Assembly (NCBI GenBank): GCA_046541215.1
Contig: JBKHDS010000001.1
Location: 1 to 37,636 of the forward strand
Direction: 5' to 3'
DNA length: 37,636 nucleotides
Origin: Nitriliruptoraceae bacterium
GTDB lineage: Bacteria; Actinomycetota; Nitriliruptoria; Nitriliruptorales; Nitriliruptoraceae
The position numbers were made by a program, and so were the translations under genes. How positions within the stretch are numbered: position 1 is the stretch's first letter; each line of letters opens with the position of its first letter. The notes beneath the pieces are model-generated. The model worked only from the letters and a program-made list of their open reading frames with translations. It did not search any database and was not told where the DNA came from. Below are positions 1 through 9,002 of this stretch, piece by piece.

Positions 1-834
1 CTCGGAGAGGCGCAGGAGCCCGGCCTGCAGCCGGTCGACCTCGGCGTCCTCCCCACGAGCCACCGCGGCCTGCAGCGCCACGGCCTGCCGCAACCGCAGG
101 TTGCTGACCGCCAGGATCGAGCCGTCGGCGCCCGCCCGCAGGGCCGCGGCCAGGGTGGGCGCGTGACCGGTCAACACCGTGAACCCCGGCTCGTCACGGG
201 TCGCCGCGATGATCGCCGCCCGCCGTGCGGCGTCGGGTGAGGAGTCCTTGATGCCGCGGATGGCCTCGTGCCGGGCGAGCCGGGCCACCGCGTCTGGGGT
301 CAGCGGCGAGCCGGTCAGCTGGGGGATGTGGTAGAGCAGGGTCGGGTGGCCGGCCCGGTCGGCGACGTCGAGGTGGAGGGTGACGAGCTCCTCCGGCGTG
401 AGCGGCTGGAAGGAGGGCGGGAGCACGAGCACGAGGTCCGCACCGGCACGGGCGAGCCGGGCGACGTCGGCGTGCAGGGACGACACGGTCGGCCCGGAGG
501 CACCAGCGATGAGGACGGGAGTGCTGCCGCCCAGCCGCGCACGGCCGGCCAGGGCGGCCCGTGCTGCGGTGGTCAACCGCTCGCGCTGCTCCGGGTCGAG
601 CAGGGTCCCCTCGCCGGTGGTGCCGGCCACCAGCACCCCGCTCGCACCGTCGTCGAGCGCGCCGTGGACCAGGGTCGTGAGCCCGTCGACGTCGATCGTG
701 GTCGGATCGCGCAAGGGGGTGACCAACGCCGGGAACGCCCCGGCCGGCCCCGATCGTGCCCTCTCGGCGGCCGGGCTGGCGTCGGCGGGGGCGGGGGCGC
801 CAGTGGTGGCGCGGGACTCGAGCGGTGCGGGCAT
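1..834 (-). CDS. DapA/HpaI-family class I aldolase (dihydrodipicolinate synthase-like). The 3' end runs off the window start.
   Basis: Hand translation of the minus strand from ATG (834-832) stays open to base 1. It is absent from the ORF track because there is no stop in the window. Sequence: MPAPLES...ALVTPLRD...VLVAGTTGEGTLL...LLYHIPQLTG...IRGIKDSSPD. The GTTGE, Y-x-IP and GIKDSS (Schiff-base lysine) motifs are DapA-family hallmarks. Confidence 0.75.
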   Translation of the reverse strand, partial: MPAPLESRATTGAPAPADASPAAERARSGPAGAFPALVTPLRDPTTIDVDGLTTLVHGALDDGASGVLVAGTTGEGTLLDPEQRERLTTAARAALAGRARLGGSTPVLIAGASGPTVSSLHADVARLARAGADLVLVLPPSFQPLTPEELVTLHLDVADRAGHPTLLYHIPQLTGSPLTPDAVARLARHEAIRGIKDSSPDAARRAAIIAATRDEPGFTVLTGHAPTLAAALRAGADGSILAVSNLRLRQAVALQAAVARGEDAEVDRLQAGLLRLSE

Positions 835-868
835 CAGGGCGGGCTCCCCGGTCGGTACCGTCGCAGCG

Positions 869-1732
869 ATGCTGCGACATGTGCTCCTACGGGTCTACCG
901 CATCCCGGCGACACCCACCAGCCCGGTCCCCGCGGCGCTGGACCTTCCGGCCGAGGACGTCCACCTGCCGGCGGTGGACGGCACGCCCCTGCGCGGATGG
1001 CTGGTGCCGGCGGACGGTCGGCGCGTGCCCGAGGGCTCGGGCGCGGCCCCGCCGGCCGCCGGACCTGCGGTGGTGCTGCTGCACGGCTGGGGCTCGAGCG
1101 GCGCGGACCTGCTCCCGGCGGTCCCGGCGCTGCTCGAAGCGGGCCTGACGACCCTGCTGCTCGATGCCCGCGGCCACGGTCGCAGCGACCCGACGCCCTT
1201 CATGTCCATGCCCCGGTTCGCCGAGGACCTCGCCGCAGGCGTGGCGTGGCTGCGGCGAGACCCCCGGATCGACCCGGACCGGATCGGCGTGGTCGGGCAC
1301 TCGGTCGGGGCCGGCGCGAGCCTGCTGGCGGCCGCCGCGGATGCGCGTCTGGGCGGGGTGGTCGCGATCGCCTCCATGGCCCACCCGGCGGAGCTGATCC
1401 GTGGCTCCCGGGGACTGAGGTGGGCACCCACACCGCTCACCAGGCGGGTGCTGACCACGATCGAGGACACGATCGGGGACCGTTTCGAGCGTTTCGCACC
1501 GGTGCACACCATCACCCGGATCACCGCACCGGTCCTGGTCGTCCACGGCCGGGAGGATCGCACGGTCCCGGTGGGCGACGCGATGCGGCTGGCGGCGGCG
1601 GGCGGCGCCAACGTCCGACTGCGGCTGGTGCCCGGCGCGGGGCACCGCTCGGTCGAGCCCTTCCTGCCCGTCGCACCGGAGCTGGCCGGCTTCCTGCGCC
1701 GGGTGCTGACCGCGCCGGCACACCCGGCCTAG
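869..1732 (+). CDS. alpha/beta-fold hydrolase
   Basis: Internal ATG at 869, in frame with track ORF 380..1732; the upstream part of that ORF is Ser/Arg-rich antisense of the aldolase gene. Sequence: VVLLHGWGSS...ARGHGRS...GVVGHSVGAG (G-x-S-x-G nucleophile elbow)...VLVVHGREDRTVP...GAGH. Confidence 0.8.
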   Translation: MLRHVLLRVYRIPATPTSPVPAALDLPAEDVHLPAVDGTPLRGWLVPADGRRVPEGSGAAPPAAGPAVVLLHGWGSSGADLLPAVPALLEAGLTTLLLDARGHGRSDPTPFMSMPRFAEDLAAGVAWLRRDPRIDPDRIGVVGHSVGAGASLLAAAADARLGGVVAIASMAHPAELIRGSRGLRWAPTPLTRRVLTTIEDTIGDRFERFAPVHTITRITAPVLVVHGREDRTVPVGDAMRLAAAGGANVRLRLVPGAGHRSVEPFLPVAPELAGFLRRVLTAPAHPA

Positions 1733-1772
1733 CCTCACCCCTCGCTCGCCTCCTCGCGTCGGAAGGTCCGGG

Positions 1773-2570
1773 ATGAGCCTGCTGTACCGCGTCGGCTCCT
1801 CGCTGTTCCTCGGCGGCTTCCGCGCCCTCGGTGTGGACCTGCGCGTCCAAGGGGTCGAGCACATCCCCACCAGCGGCCCGGCCGTGCTCGCCAGCAACCA
1901 CATCGGCTACCTCGACTTCGCCTTCGTGATGCTGGCTCCACCCGCGCCGCGCCGCGAGGTCCGGTTCCTCGCCCGGGACGACTTCTTCCACAACCCGGTC
2001 CTCGGGTTCCTGCTGCGCCGGCTCGGTCAGATCCCCGTCGACGTCCACGGCGACCCGATGCAGGCGGCGGCCGCCGCCCAGGCCTGCCTGGAGGACGGCG
2101 AGATCGTCGGGCTGCATCCCGAGGGCACGATCAGCCCCTCCTTCGTCCCCCGCCGAGCCAAGACCGGGGTCGTGCGCCTGGCGGACCGCGTGGAGGCTCC
2201 GATCATCCCGGTGGCGCTGTGGGGAACCCAGCGGCTGCTGACCAAGGGGCGACCGATCCGGCCGCAGCGAGGCGCCGCGGTCGTGGTGCGGTACGGCGAG
2301 CCCTTCCGGCCCACCGCGCGGACGGCGATGCTGCGCACCCAGCAGGTGATGGAACGCATCGGCGCGGAGCTGGCGCGCGCGCAGGCCAGCTACCCGCAGC
2401 GGCCCGGGCCACCGCCCCACGACTGGTGGCAGCCGGCGCACCTGGGCGGCTCGGCACCGACCCCTGAGGAAGCCGACGCGGCGATCGCCGCGCAGAACGC
2501 CCGGCGTCGGGCCCTCCGCCAGGGACGGGCGGGGCACAGCCCCGGGCAGCGGGCCGACGGCGCCGCCTGA
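1773..2570 (+). CDS. lysophospholipid/1-acyl-sn-glycerol-3-phosphate acyltransferase (PlsC family)
   Basis: Acyltransferase motif I NHIGYLD (NHxxxxD), FLARDDFF, and motif III HPEGTIS. GGAAGG lies about 6 nt upstream of the ATG. Confidence 0.85.
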   Translation: MSLLYRVGSSLFLGGFRALGVDLRVQGVEHIPTSGPAVLASNHIGYLDFAFVMLAPPAPRREVRFLARDDFFHNPVLGFLLRRLGQIPVDVHGDPMQAAAAAQACLEDGEIVGLHPEGTISPSFVPRRAKTGVVRLADRVEAPIIPVALWGTQRLLTKGRPIRPQRGAAVVVRYGEPFRPTARTAMLRTQQVMERIGAELARAQASYPQRPGPPPHDWWQPAHLGGSAPTPEEADAAIAAQNARRRALRQGRAGHSPGQRADGAA

Positions 2571-2589
2571 GGCGTACCCACGCCACGGC

Positions 2590-4692
2590 TCACAGGCGGA
2601 CGATGACCTCGCCGGAGCAGTCCGGATCCGGACCGGGGCGACGGCGGTGCTTGACCCGGTACATGTCGGCATCCGCCCGCGCGAGCAGATCGCTGCAGTC
2701 GACCGGTCCCGGTCCCGACGAGGCGAGCCCGACGCTGGCGCGTAGCGGGAGTCGCAGACCACTCAGGCTCACCGGATCACCGTCCAGGCTGTCCTGGACA
2801 CGCCGCTGGATCCGGGCTGGCTCGGCCGGATCGTCGACGACGCACACCACCGCGAACTCGTCCCCGCCGAAGCGGGCGACGGTGTCGGCGGGACGGACCG
2901 CCCCCACGAGCCGCTGCGCCGCGATCTGCAGCAGTTGGTCGCCGGCGGCGTGGCCGTAGGTGTCGTTGACGGCCTTGAAGCCGTCGAGATCGACGAACAG
3001 GACCGCGACGTGGGTACCGGATCGCTGGCTGCGAGCGCAGGCGGTCCGCAGACGGGCCTGGAACAGCCCGCGCGTGGCGAGCCCCGTCAGCCCGTCATGC
3101 ATCGCCCGGGCCTCGAAGCGGCGGCTGGCGCCCAGCGCCGCCTCGACCGTCCCCGCGAGCAGCGTCAGGGCCCACTCGCTGTCCTCGTCGAAGGCGCGCG
3201 GGGCGGTCGAGACGACCTTGAGGACACCGGCGACCGTGCCCTCGTGCAGCAGCGGGGTCAGCACCATGGAGCGCAGCCCGACGCGCTGGCAGGCCGTCGC
3301 GTCGACGCGGTCATCGGTCTGGACGTCATCGCTGCGGAGGACCTCACCGGTCGCGATGCAGCGGCCGGAGAGGCTGCCGCCGATCGGGAGCCGCAGCCCC
3401 AGGTGCGGCGTGACCGAGCCGCTGGCGTGCCGGTACACCAGCTCGTCCTCCTCCGGCAGCTCCACGACCGCGCCGGTCGCACCGGTGAGGCGCTGGCCGT
3501 GGACGGCGACCTCGTCCAGCAGCGCATCGGGGTCCGAGGCGACCGCTGCCAGCTCGCGCTGGACCTCCACGACCGCGGCCAACGTGGCGGTGGTCCGCCG
3601 TCCGTGCTCCTCCCTGGCCCGCAGGTCCGCGTTGGCAACCTCGAGTTCAGCGGTCGCCTGTCCGACCGTGGCGACGGCCCGGTCGCGGGCGGTGGTCAGC
3701 CGAGCGACCAGCAGGGCGATCGCCACCGTCATCGCCGCCAACTGCAGGGCGGCGATCCAGGGCTTCGTGGTCTCGATGCCTGCCAGCGCCTCGACGCGTG
3801 GTGCGACCTCGACCACCCACCGCTGGCCCGCGACCTCGACGGTCCGTTCCGCCACGGGCTCGATCGGGGCCGTCGGCGGCTCGAGGCGACCGCCGTCAGC
3901 CAGGACCCCGATGCCTCGGGAGTCCTCAGCGCCGGTGACCTGCTCGTCCGTGACGGCCACGTCGAAGCCGCGCCCGACGCTGCCGAGCACGCTGGAGAGC
4001 AGCGCCTCTCCCCGGAAGGCCACCACCGTCCAGGCTCGTAGCGAGGTGGGGCCGCGGTCGGCCCGTCCGTACACCGGTGCGGCCAGCAGCAGGCCGTGCT
4101 GCCGGTCGCGCCCCGAGAGGTCCCGGTCCGACAGGAACCGGTACGGATCGGTCAGGGTCGGCTCACCGCTCTCCCTCGCCACCTCCAGGGCTGCGATCGC
4201 CTCGGGCGAGTCCATCAGGTCCAGGCCTACGGGCACGCTGCGCCCGTCCGCGGCGCGCCCCGCCGTCACGACGTAGCCGGCGGCTCGGCCCGTGGCGGGT
4301 GCCGGCGCGAGGACCGCGTCGGGGTCCGGGGCGGCTGCCGCGCCGCCCTCGCTCACGCCCGCATCGACCGGCGTGACCGCCACGACGCTGGCCAGGGCCG
4401 GGTAGCGGTCGGCGAGGCCGGTGCGGAGCAGGTAGGCGTCGAAGGCCTCCCGCGCGGGATCGGGGTTCGTCTCCAGCCAGGCGGCCGCGAGCGCGGCCAG
4501 GTCGCGGTGCCGTTCGAGCTCCGCTCGGACCTCCTGTGCCACCACCTCGGCGCGCGCGTCGGAGAGTTGCTCGGCCTGCACGGTGATCCGGTTCTGGAGC
4601 ACCAGGAACGCGACCACAGCGGCGAGCGCCCCGACGGTGAGCACGACGAGGACGGGCCAGGGCAGGATCGGACGGGGGTGGGAGCGTGGCAA
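2590..4692 (-). CDS. membrane sensor diguanylate cyclase (TM - CHASE-like periplasmic domain - TM - GAF - GGDEF)
   Basis: C-terminal part of track ORF 2590..5337. GGDEF domain: DGLTGLATRGLF...FVDLDGFKAVNDTYGHAAGD...RFGGDEFAVV, with an RPAD I-site five residues upstream of GGDEF. GAF-like block: GGSLSGRCIATGEVLRSDD...LLHEGTVAGVLKV. Periplasmic CHASE-like block (GLDLMDSPEAIAALEVARESGEPTLTDPY) lies between two TM helices. The first ~215 codons of the track ORF overlap marR antisense and are rejected. The start is placed at in-frame TTG 4692, just before the first TM helix; there is no clear SD, so the start is uncertain. Confidence 0.85.
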   Translation of the reverse strand: MPRSHPRPILPWPVLVVLTVGALAAVVAFLVLQNRITVQAEQLSDARAEVVAQEVRAELERHRDLAALAAAWLETNPDPAREAFDAYLLRTGLADRYPALASVVAVTPVDAGVSEGGAAAAPDPDAVLAPAPATGRAAGYVVTAGRAADGRSVPVGLDLMDSPEAIAALEVARESGEPTLTDPYRFLSDRDLSGRDRQHGLLLAAPVYGRADRGPTSLRAWTVVAFRGEALLSSVLGSVGRGFDVAVTDEQVTGAEDSRGIGVLADGGRLEPPTAPIEPVAERTVEVAGQRWVVEVAPRVEALAGIETTKPWIAALQLAAMTVAIALLVARLTTARDRAVATVGQATAELEVANADLRAREEHGRRTTATLAAVVEVQRELAAVASDPDALLDEVAVHGQRLTGATGAVVELPEEDELVYRHASGSVTPHLGLRLPIGGSLSGRCIATGEVLRSDDVQTDDRVDATACQRVGLRSMVLTPLLHEGTVAGVLKVVSTAPRAFDEDSEWALTLLAGTVEAALGASRRFEARAMHDGLTGLATRGLFQARLRTACARSQRSGTHVAVLFVDLDGFKAVNDTYGHAAGDQLLQIAAQRLVGAVRPADTVARFGGDEFAVVCVVDDPAEPARIQRRVQDSLDGDPVSLSGLRLPLRASVGLASSGPGPVDCSDLLARADADMYRVKHRRRPGPDPDCSGEVIVRL

Positions 4693-4896
4693 GGCAGGAT
4701 CCGGCGAGGGAGCGTCGCGGGTCTGAGGGCGTCCTTGAGGTATCGGCCGCTTCGGCCCGGGCCTGAAACCCTCGCGTCCGCCCCGGCACCGAGGCGGCCC
4801 GTGACGGCCGCTTCTACCGCAGCTCGCGCGCTCATCGCACGTTGTCGCTGCGCAGCGGGACGATGGCGGCGGGTCACCGAACGCCGGGGGACGGAG

Positions 4897-4977
4897 CTTG
4901 TGGAAAGCCTGTGGGTGTGTGGATACTCGCAGGGGTGGAACTCCACAGGTGGAACCACAAACGTGGGGTTCTCCACC
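4897..4977. promoter_or_regulatory. cluster of GTGGAAC / TCCAC(A/C) repeats and inverted repeats in the divergent diguanylate cyclase-marR intergenic region (candidate operator)
   Basis: Palindrome GTGGA-AC-TCCAC at 4935-4946. GGTGGAACT at 4934-4942. GGTGGAACC at 4948-4956, inverted against GGTTCTCCACC at 4967-4977. TTGTGGAAA at 4897-4905 and TGTGGATAC at 4918-4926, whose reverse complements resemble DnaA boxes. Lies 40-120 bp upstream of the marR ATG. Confidence 0.4.
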
Positions 4978-5017
4978 TGCGGCCGGACCACCCGATCCCA
5001 GGGAGGACCTCCTGACC

Positions 5018-5473
5018 ATGCCAGCCGTCCCCGAGGATCCCTCGACCCAGGAGATCGTCGAGCAGCTCTCGCAGCTCGGCGCCCTCATGCACGCGGTCGG
5101 GACCCGGTTCGGTGCTCGGGAGTCCCTGCACCCCACCGACGTGCAGGCCCTCTCGGCGCTGGCCATGGCCGGAGGCCACCTCGGTGCCGGCGAGCTGGCC
5201 CGCAGCCTGGAGCTCACCTCCGGAGCGACGACCCGGCTCATCGACCGGCTCGAACGGGTCGGCCACGTCGCGCGGACGACCGACCCGGAGGACCGACGCC
5301 GGCGGGTGGTGAGCATCACGAGCTCGGCGCAGACCACCGCCGGGGCCTACTTCGGGTCGATCGCAGCCACGATCGCGGCGGCCCTGGAACCCTTCGACGC
5401 CACCGAGCGCGAGATCGTGCAGCGCTTCCTCGCCGCGATCATCACCGCGATGGAGCGCCACGACGCCGGCTGA
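5018..5473 (+). CDS. MarR-family transcriptional regulator
   Basis: ATG at 5018 is preceded by GGGAGGA (5001-5007). Winged-helix block LSALAMAGGHLGAGELARSLELTSGATTRLIDRLERVGHVARTTDPEDRRRRVVSIT is typical of MarR. The upstream 40 codons of the track ORF were dropped. Confidence 0.85.
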   Translation: MPAVPEDPSTQEIVEQLSQLGALMHAVGTRFGARESLHPTDVQALSALAMAGGHLGAGELARSLELTSGATTRLIDRLERVGHVARTTDPEDRRRRVVSITSSAQTTAGAYFGSIAATIAAALEPFDATEREIVQRFLAAIITAMERHDAG

Positions 5474-5564
5474 TCCTCGCCGGTCGCCCCGGCGAGTGAC
5501 GGCAGCGCCTCGGCCGAACGGCGTCGGCGCAGGATCCTGGCACCAGGCCTGTGCGTTGCACGAC

Positions 5565-5588
5565 GGGGCCGACCTCGTGGCCGGCCCC
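5565..5588. terminator. GC-rich hairpin between convergent marR and the 92-aa gene (possible bidirectional terminator)
   Basis: GGGGCCG (5565-5571) pairs with CGGCCCC (5582-5588). No clear U-tract. Confidence 0.25.
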
Positions 5589-5612
5589 GGTCGGGCGGAT
5601 CGCAGATCGTGC

Positions 5613-5891
5613 TCAGATGGAGCGGGGCTCCTCCCACAGGGCCTCGTCGAGCTCCTGATCCCGCTTGCGCTTCAGGACGAAGGCGGCGACCCCGGCGCCG
5701 GCAGCCAGCAGCAGCGCGATGATGCCCGCCTTGGAGCCCTTCTCCTCGCCCTTGATCTCCGCGTCGAGCTCCTCGATGCGATCAGAGGCCTTGGACTGCA
5801 GCTCCTTACCCTTCTTCTCCGCCTTCTTCCGCAGCTTGTCGGCTTCCTTCTCGAGCTTGTCCACCTTCTTGGCGATCTTCGACCGGCCCAC
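5613..5891 (-). CDS. small tail-anchored membrane protein with a Lys/Glu-rich coiled-coil N-terminus
   Basis: GTG start at 5891 with a strong SD (GAGGAGG, 5 nt spacing). KKVDKLEKEADKLRKKAEKKGKELQ heptad-like region, then one TM helix (GIIALLLAAGAGVAAFVL), then KRKRDQELDEALWEEP. The tail loosely resembles the small actinobacterial DLW-type membrane peptides, from memory and not verified. Confidence 0.6.
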   Translation of the reverse strand: MGRSKIAKKVDKLEKEADKLRKKAEKKGKELQSKASDRIEELDAEIKGEEKGSKAGIIALLLAAGAGVAAFVLKRKRDQELDEALWEEPRSI

Positions 5892-6127
5892 GGGGTCCTC
5901 CTCGTCTCGGCTCGGGACGTCGGGACGCCGAGCGCGGTACCAGCGTCACGCCGGAGCACGCTCGACCTTCCGCTGACCTTAGCGGTCCGGAAGCAGCACC
6001 GGCCCGGTCAGGCGACCCCCGCCGTCGGCACCCTCCGGGCCGAACGCCTCTGCCTCGGCGAGGCGCTGGTCCGTAGGGTGGGGCCCGTTGGCGCCGTGCG
6101 CCGGCGTGGCGCCTGGGAGGTGCGTCC

Positions 6128-7336
6128 ATGCCAACGAGCACCGGCGTGACCACGGTGTCCGTGCTCGATGAGCCCCACCTCGGCGCCCTGCTCGAGGCGC
6201 TGCGGGAGGACGGCTACGAGGTGGTCGGTCCCACCGAGGTGGACGGTGCGATCGTCCACGGTCCGGTGACCGAGGTCGCGGACCTGCCGCAGGGGGTCGG
6301 CGACGAGCAGGGCCCGGGACGCTACGAGCTCACCCGCTCCGACGACGACGCCTGGTTCGGGTACGCCGTCGGGCCGAGCAGCGCGAAGCGCCGCCTGCTG
6401 CCGCCACGCCACCCGCTGTGGACCGCGCAGGCCCAGGACGACGCGAGCTTCGCCATCGACGAGGCGGTCCCGCCACCGTCCCGAACGGCCTTCCTCGGGT
6501 TGAAGCCCTGCGAGGCGGCCGCCATCGCCATCCAGGACCGCGTGCTGCTGCAGGGTCCGGTCGCGGACGAGGTGTACGCCGCCAACCGTGACGACGTGCT
6601 GTTGATCGCGGTGGAGTGCCAGGCGCCGGCGGCGACCTGCTTCTGCCCCTCGATGGGCACGGGGCCGGGCCTGGAGTTGGACGGGGAGGCCGCGCACCCG
6701 GCCGCGGGCCTGGTCGACCTCGTGCTGACGGAGCTGCCCGCGCCCACCCACAAGCTGCTGGCCCGGGCGGGGACCGAGCGGGGACGCGATCTGCTCGAGC
6801 GGCTCGACGCCCCTGCCGCGACCGACGACGACCTCGCCGCCCGGGACCGTGTGCTGACCGAGGCGGCCGAGCGGATCCGCCGCCACCTCGATGCCGATGC
6901 GGTGCACGACCTGCTGCTCGGCAACCTCGAGCACCCCCACTGGGACGCCATCGCCGAGCGCTGCCTGGCCTGCGCGAACTGCACGCTGGTCTGCCCCACG
7001 TGCTTCTGCACCACGGTCGAGGACCGCACCGACCTGGCGGGCACCACCGCCAGCCGCGAGCGGCGCTGGGACTCCTGCTTCAGCCTGGAGTTCACCCACA
7101 CCGGCCCCTCCAGCGTGCGCACCACCACCCGCGCCCGCTACCGGCAGTGGCTGACCCACAAGCTCGCCACCTGGACCGACCAGTTCGGGACCTCCGGGTG
7201 CGTCGGGTGCGGGCGCTGCATCGCGTGGTGTCCGGTCGGCATCGACCTCACCGAGGAGGTCGCGACGATCCGCCGGACCTCGGAGGACACCGGCGCCGCC
7301 TGGCCGCTCGTCCCGAGCGGGCTACGGGAGGGGTGA
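6128..7336 (+). CDS. hyhB: [NiFe]-hydrogenase group 3b-type beta subunit (4Fe-4S dicluster protein, AsrA/HydB-like)
   Basis: GGGAGG SD 7 nt before the ATG. Two ferredoxin-type motifs: CLACANCTLVCPTCFC and CVGCGRCIAWCP. First gene of a four-gene operon ending with the hydrogenase small and large subunits. Confidence 0.8.
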   Translation: MPTSTGVTTVSVLDEPHLGALLEALREDGYEVVGPTEVDGAIVHGPVTEVADLPQGVGDEQGPGRYELTRSDDDAWFGYAVGPSSAKRRLLPPRHPLWTAQAQDDASFAIDEAVPPPSRTAFLGLKPCEAAAIAIQDRVLLQGPVADEVYAANRDDVLLIAVECQAPAATCFCPSMGTGPGLELDGEAAHPAAGLVDLVLTELPAPTHKLLARAGTERGRDLLERLDAPAATDDDLAARDRVLTEAAERIRRHLDADAVHDLLLGNLEHPHWDAIAERCLACANCTLVCPTCFCTTVEDRTDLAGTTASRERRWDSCFSLEFTHTGPSSVRTTTRARYRQWLTHKLATWTDQFGTSGCVGCGRCIAWCPVGIDLTEEVATIRRTSEDTGAAWPLVPSGLREG

Positions 7337-7341
7337 GGACC

Positions 7342-8196
7342 ATGACCGTGCTGGACACGCTGCCCGCGACCGACCTCCCCGGTCGCCTGACGAGCCGGCC
7401 GTACCGGGTCACCTCGGTCCGCCACCAGACCCACGACATCGTCACCATCGACGTCATGCCCCAGCAGTACCCGATCGCCTTCGAGCCCGGCCAGTTCGAC
7501 ATGGTGTACGTCTACGGGGTCGGCGAGGCGGCCATCTCCATCTCCTCCGATCCTGCGACCCCCGGGCTGCTGTCCCACACGATCCGGGCGGTCGGCTGGG
7601 TGACCAAGGCGCTCAACGACCTGCAGCCGGGGACCACCATCGGGATCCGGGGCCCCTACGGGCGTCCCTGGCCGATGGCCGAAGCCGAGGGCAAAGACCT
7701 GGTCATCGTGGCCGGTGGGATCGGGCTGGCGCCCGTGCGTCCCGCGATCGTGCAGGCCCTGCGGCAGCGCGAACGGTTCGGCCGCATCGTGGTGCTCGTC
7801 GGCGCGCGCAGCCCCCGGGACCTGGTGTTCCGCGACGACCTCGACCGCTGGCACCGTGAGCCGGGCATCGACGTCCACGTCACCGTGGACAGCGCCGTGC
7901 GCGGCTGGAGCGGCCGGGTGGGGGTCGTCACCAGGCTCATCCCGCGCGTGCCCTTCGACCCGGAGCACGCGGTGGTGCTCACCTGCGGTCCCGAGGTGAT
8001 GATGTGGCACGCCGCCCAGGCGCTGCTCGCCCGCGGGGTCCCCGCCGAGCGGGTCTACGTCACGCTCGAGCGCAACATGCGGTGCGGTGTCGGGACCTGT
8101 GGGCACTGCCAGCTCGGCCCGGTGTTCCTGTGCCGGGACGGGCCGGTCTTCACCTGGCCGGAGGTGGCTGGGCTCCTCGACGTGCGCGAGCTGTAG
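7342..8196 (+). CDS. hyhG: hydrogenase gamma subunit, FAD/NAD(P)-binding oxidoreductase with a C-terminal 2Fe-2S site (AsrB/PyrK/HydG-like)
   Basis: ATG at 7342, 5 nt after the hyhB stop. Ferredoxin-reductase-type fold: [27 protein letters not shown]-terminal cluster motif [11 protein letters not shown]...FLCRDGPVF. Confidence 0.85.
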   Translation: MTVLDTLPATDLPGRLTSRPYRVTSVRHQTHDIVTIDVMPQQYPIAFEPGQFDMVYVYGVGEAAISISSDPATPGLLSHTIRAVGWVTKALNDLQPGTTIGIRGPYGRPWPMAEAEGKDLVIVAGGIGLAPVRPAIVQALRQRERFGRIVVLVGARSPRDLVFRDDLDRWHREPGIDVHVTVDSAVRGWSGRVGVVTRLIPRVPFDPEHAVVLTCGPEVMMWHAAQALLARGVPAERVYVTLERNMRCGVGTCGHCQLGPVFLCRDGPVFTWPEVAGLLDVREL

Positions 8197-8207
8197 GGGG
8201 TGGCGTG

Positions 8208-9002
8208 ATGGACGAACGCATCGGCCGGCCGACCGTGGCGGTGTGGAAGTTCGCCTCCTGCGACGGCTGTCAGCTGTCCCTGCTGTCCGCGGAGGACGAG
8301 CTGCTGGCCATCGCCGGGGAGGTGGAGATCGCCTACTTCCTCGAGGCCACGCGCGAGGTCAAGGACGGCCCCTACGACATCTCGCTCGTCGAGGGCTCGA
8401 TCACGACGCCGGAGGACGCGGAGCGCATCCGACACGTCCGCGCGGTGTCCACGACGCTGATCACCATCGGCGCGTGCGCGACCGCCGGCGGCATCCAGGC
8501 CCTGCGCAACTCCGCGGACGTCGAGGCCTTCCGGTCCCTGGTCTACGCCCGGCCGGAGTACGTCGACACCCTCGCCGAGTCGACCGCGATCGCCGAGCAC
8601 GTCCCCGTCGACCTGGAGCTGCGGGGCTGCCCGATCGAGACCGACCAGCTCGTCGAGGTGCTGAACGCCCTGCTCGCCGGCCGCAAGCCCGTGACGCCCA
8701 CCTACGCCGTGTGCGTCGAGTGCAAGCTGCGCGGCAACCGGTGCGTGATGGTCGCCGACGGGACCCCGTGCCTTGGGCCGGTCACCCAGGCCGGCTGCAA
8801 CGCGCGCTGCCCCAGCGTCGACCGCGGCTGCTACGGCTGCTTCGGACCGGCCGAGACCGCGAACACCGCCTCGCTCGCCAGCTGGCTCGAGGACCGCTTC
8901 GCCCTCGAGCACCCGGACCTCATCCGGCTGTTCCGCACCTTCAACGCCGACGCGCCGGCCTTCCGGCGCCAGGCCCGGATCCACGAGGAGGTGGCACCGT
9001 GA
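8208..9002 (+). CDS. hyhS: [NiFe]-hydrogenase small (delta) subunit
   Basis: [15 protein letters not shown]...[13 protein letters not shown]...RGCP...CVECK...GCNARCPS...GCYGCFGP. Cys pattern matches NuoB-like hydrogenase small subunits. The upstream 68 codons of the track ORF are rejected. Confidence 0.85.
   Translation: MDERIGRPTVAVWKFASCDGCQLSLLSAEDELLAIAGEVEIAYFLEATREVKDGPYDISLVEGSITTPEDAERIRHVRAVSTTLITIGACATAGGIQALRNSADVEAFRSLVYARPEYVDTLAESTAIAEHVPVDLELRGCPIETDQLVEVLNALLAGRKPVTPTYAVCVECKLRGNRCVMVADGTPCLGPVTQAGCNARCPSVDRGCYGCFGPAETANTASLASWLEDRFALEHPDLIRLFRTFNADAPAFRRQARIHEEVAP

Noticed and set aside
268-1776. 502-aa plus-strand ORF, plus the 194..880 and 887..1903 minus-strand ORFs
   Set aside because: They are off-frame relative to the DapA-like gene (minus strand) and the alpha/beta hydrolase (plus strand). 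Their extreme Arg/Pro/Gly content has no motifs.
4693-5337. N-terminal 215 codons of the 915-aa track ORF for the diguanylate cyclase
   Set aside because: This part overlaps the marR gene and its operator region in antisense and is Arg/Pro/Ser-rich. The recognisable protein begins at the first TM helix, just after TTG 4692.
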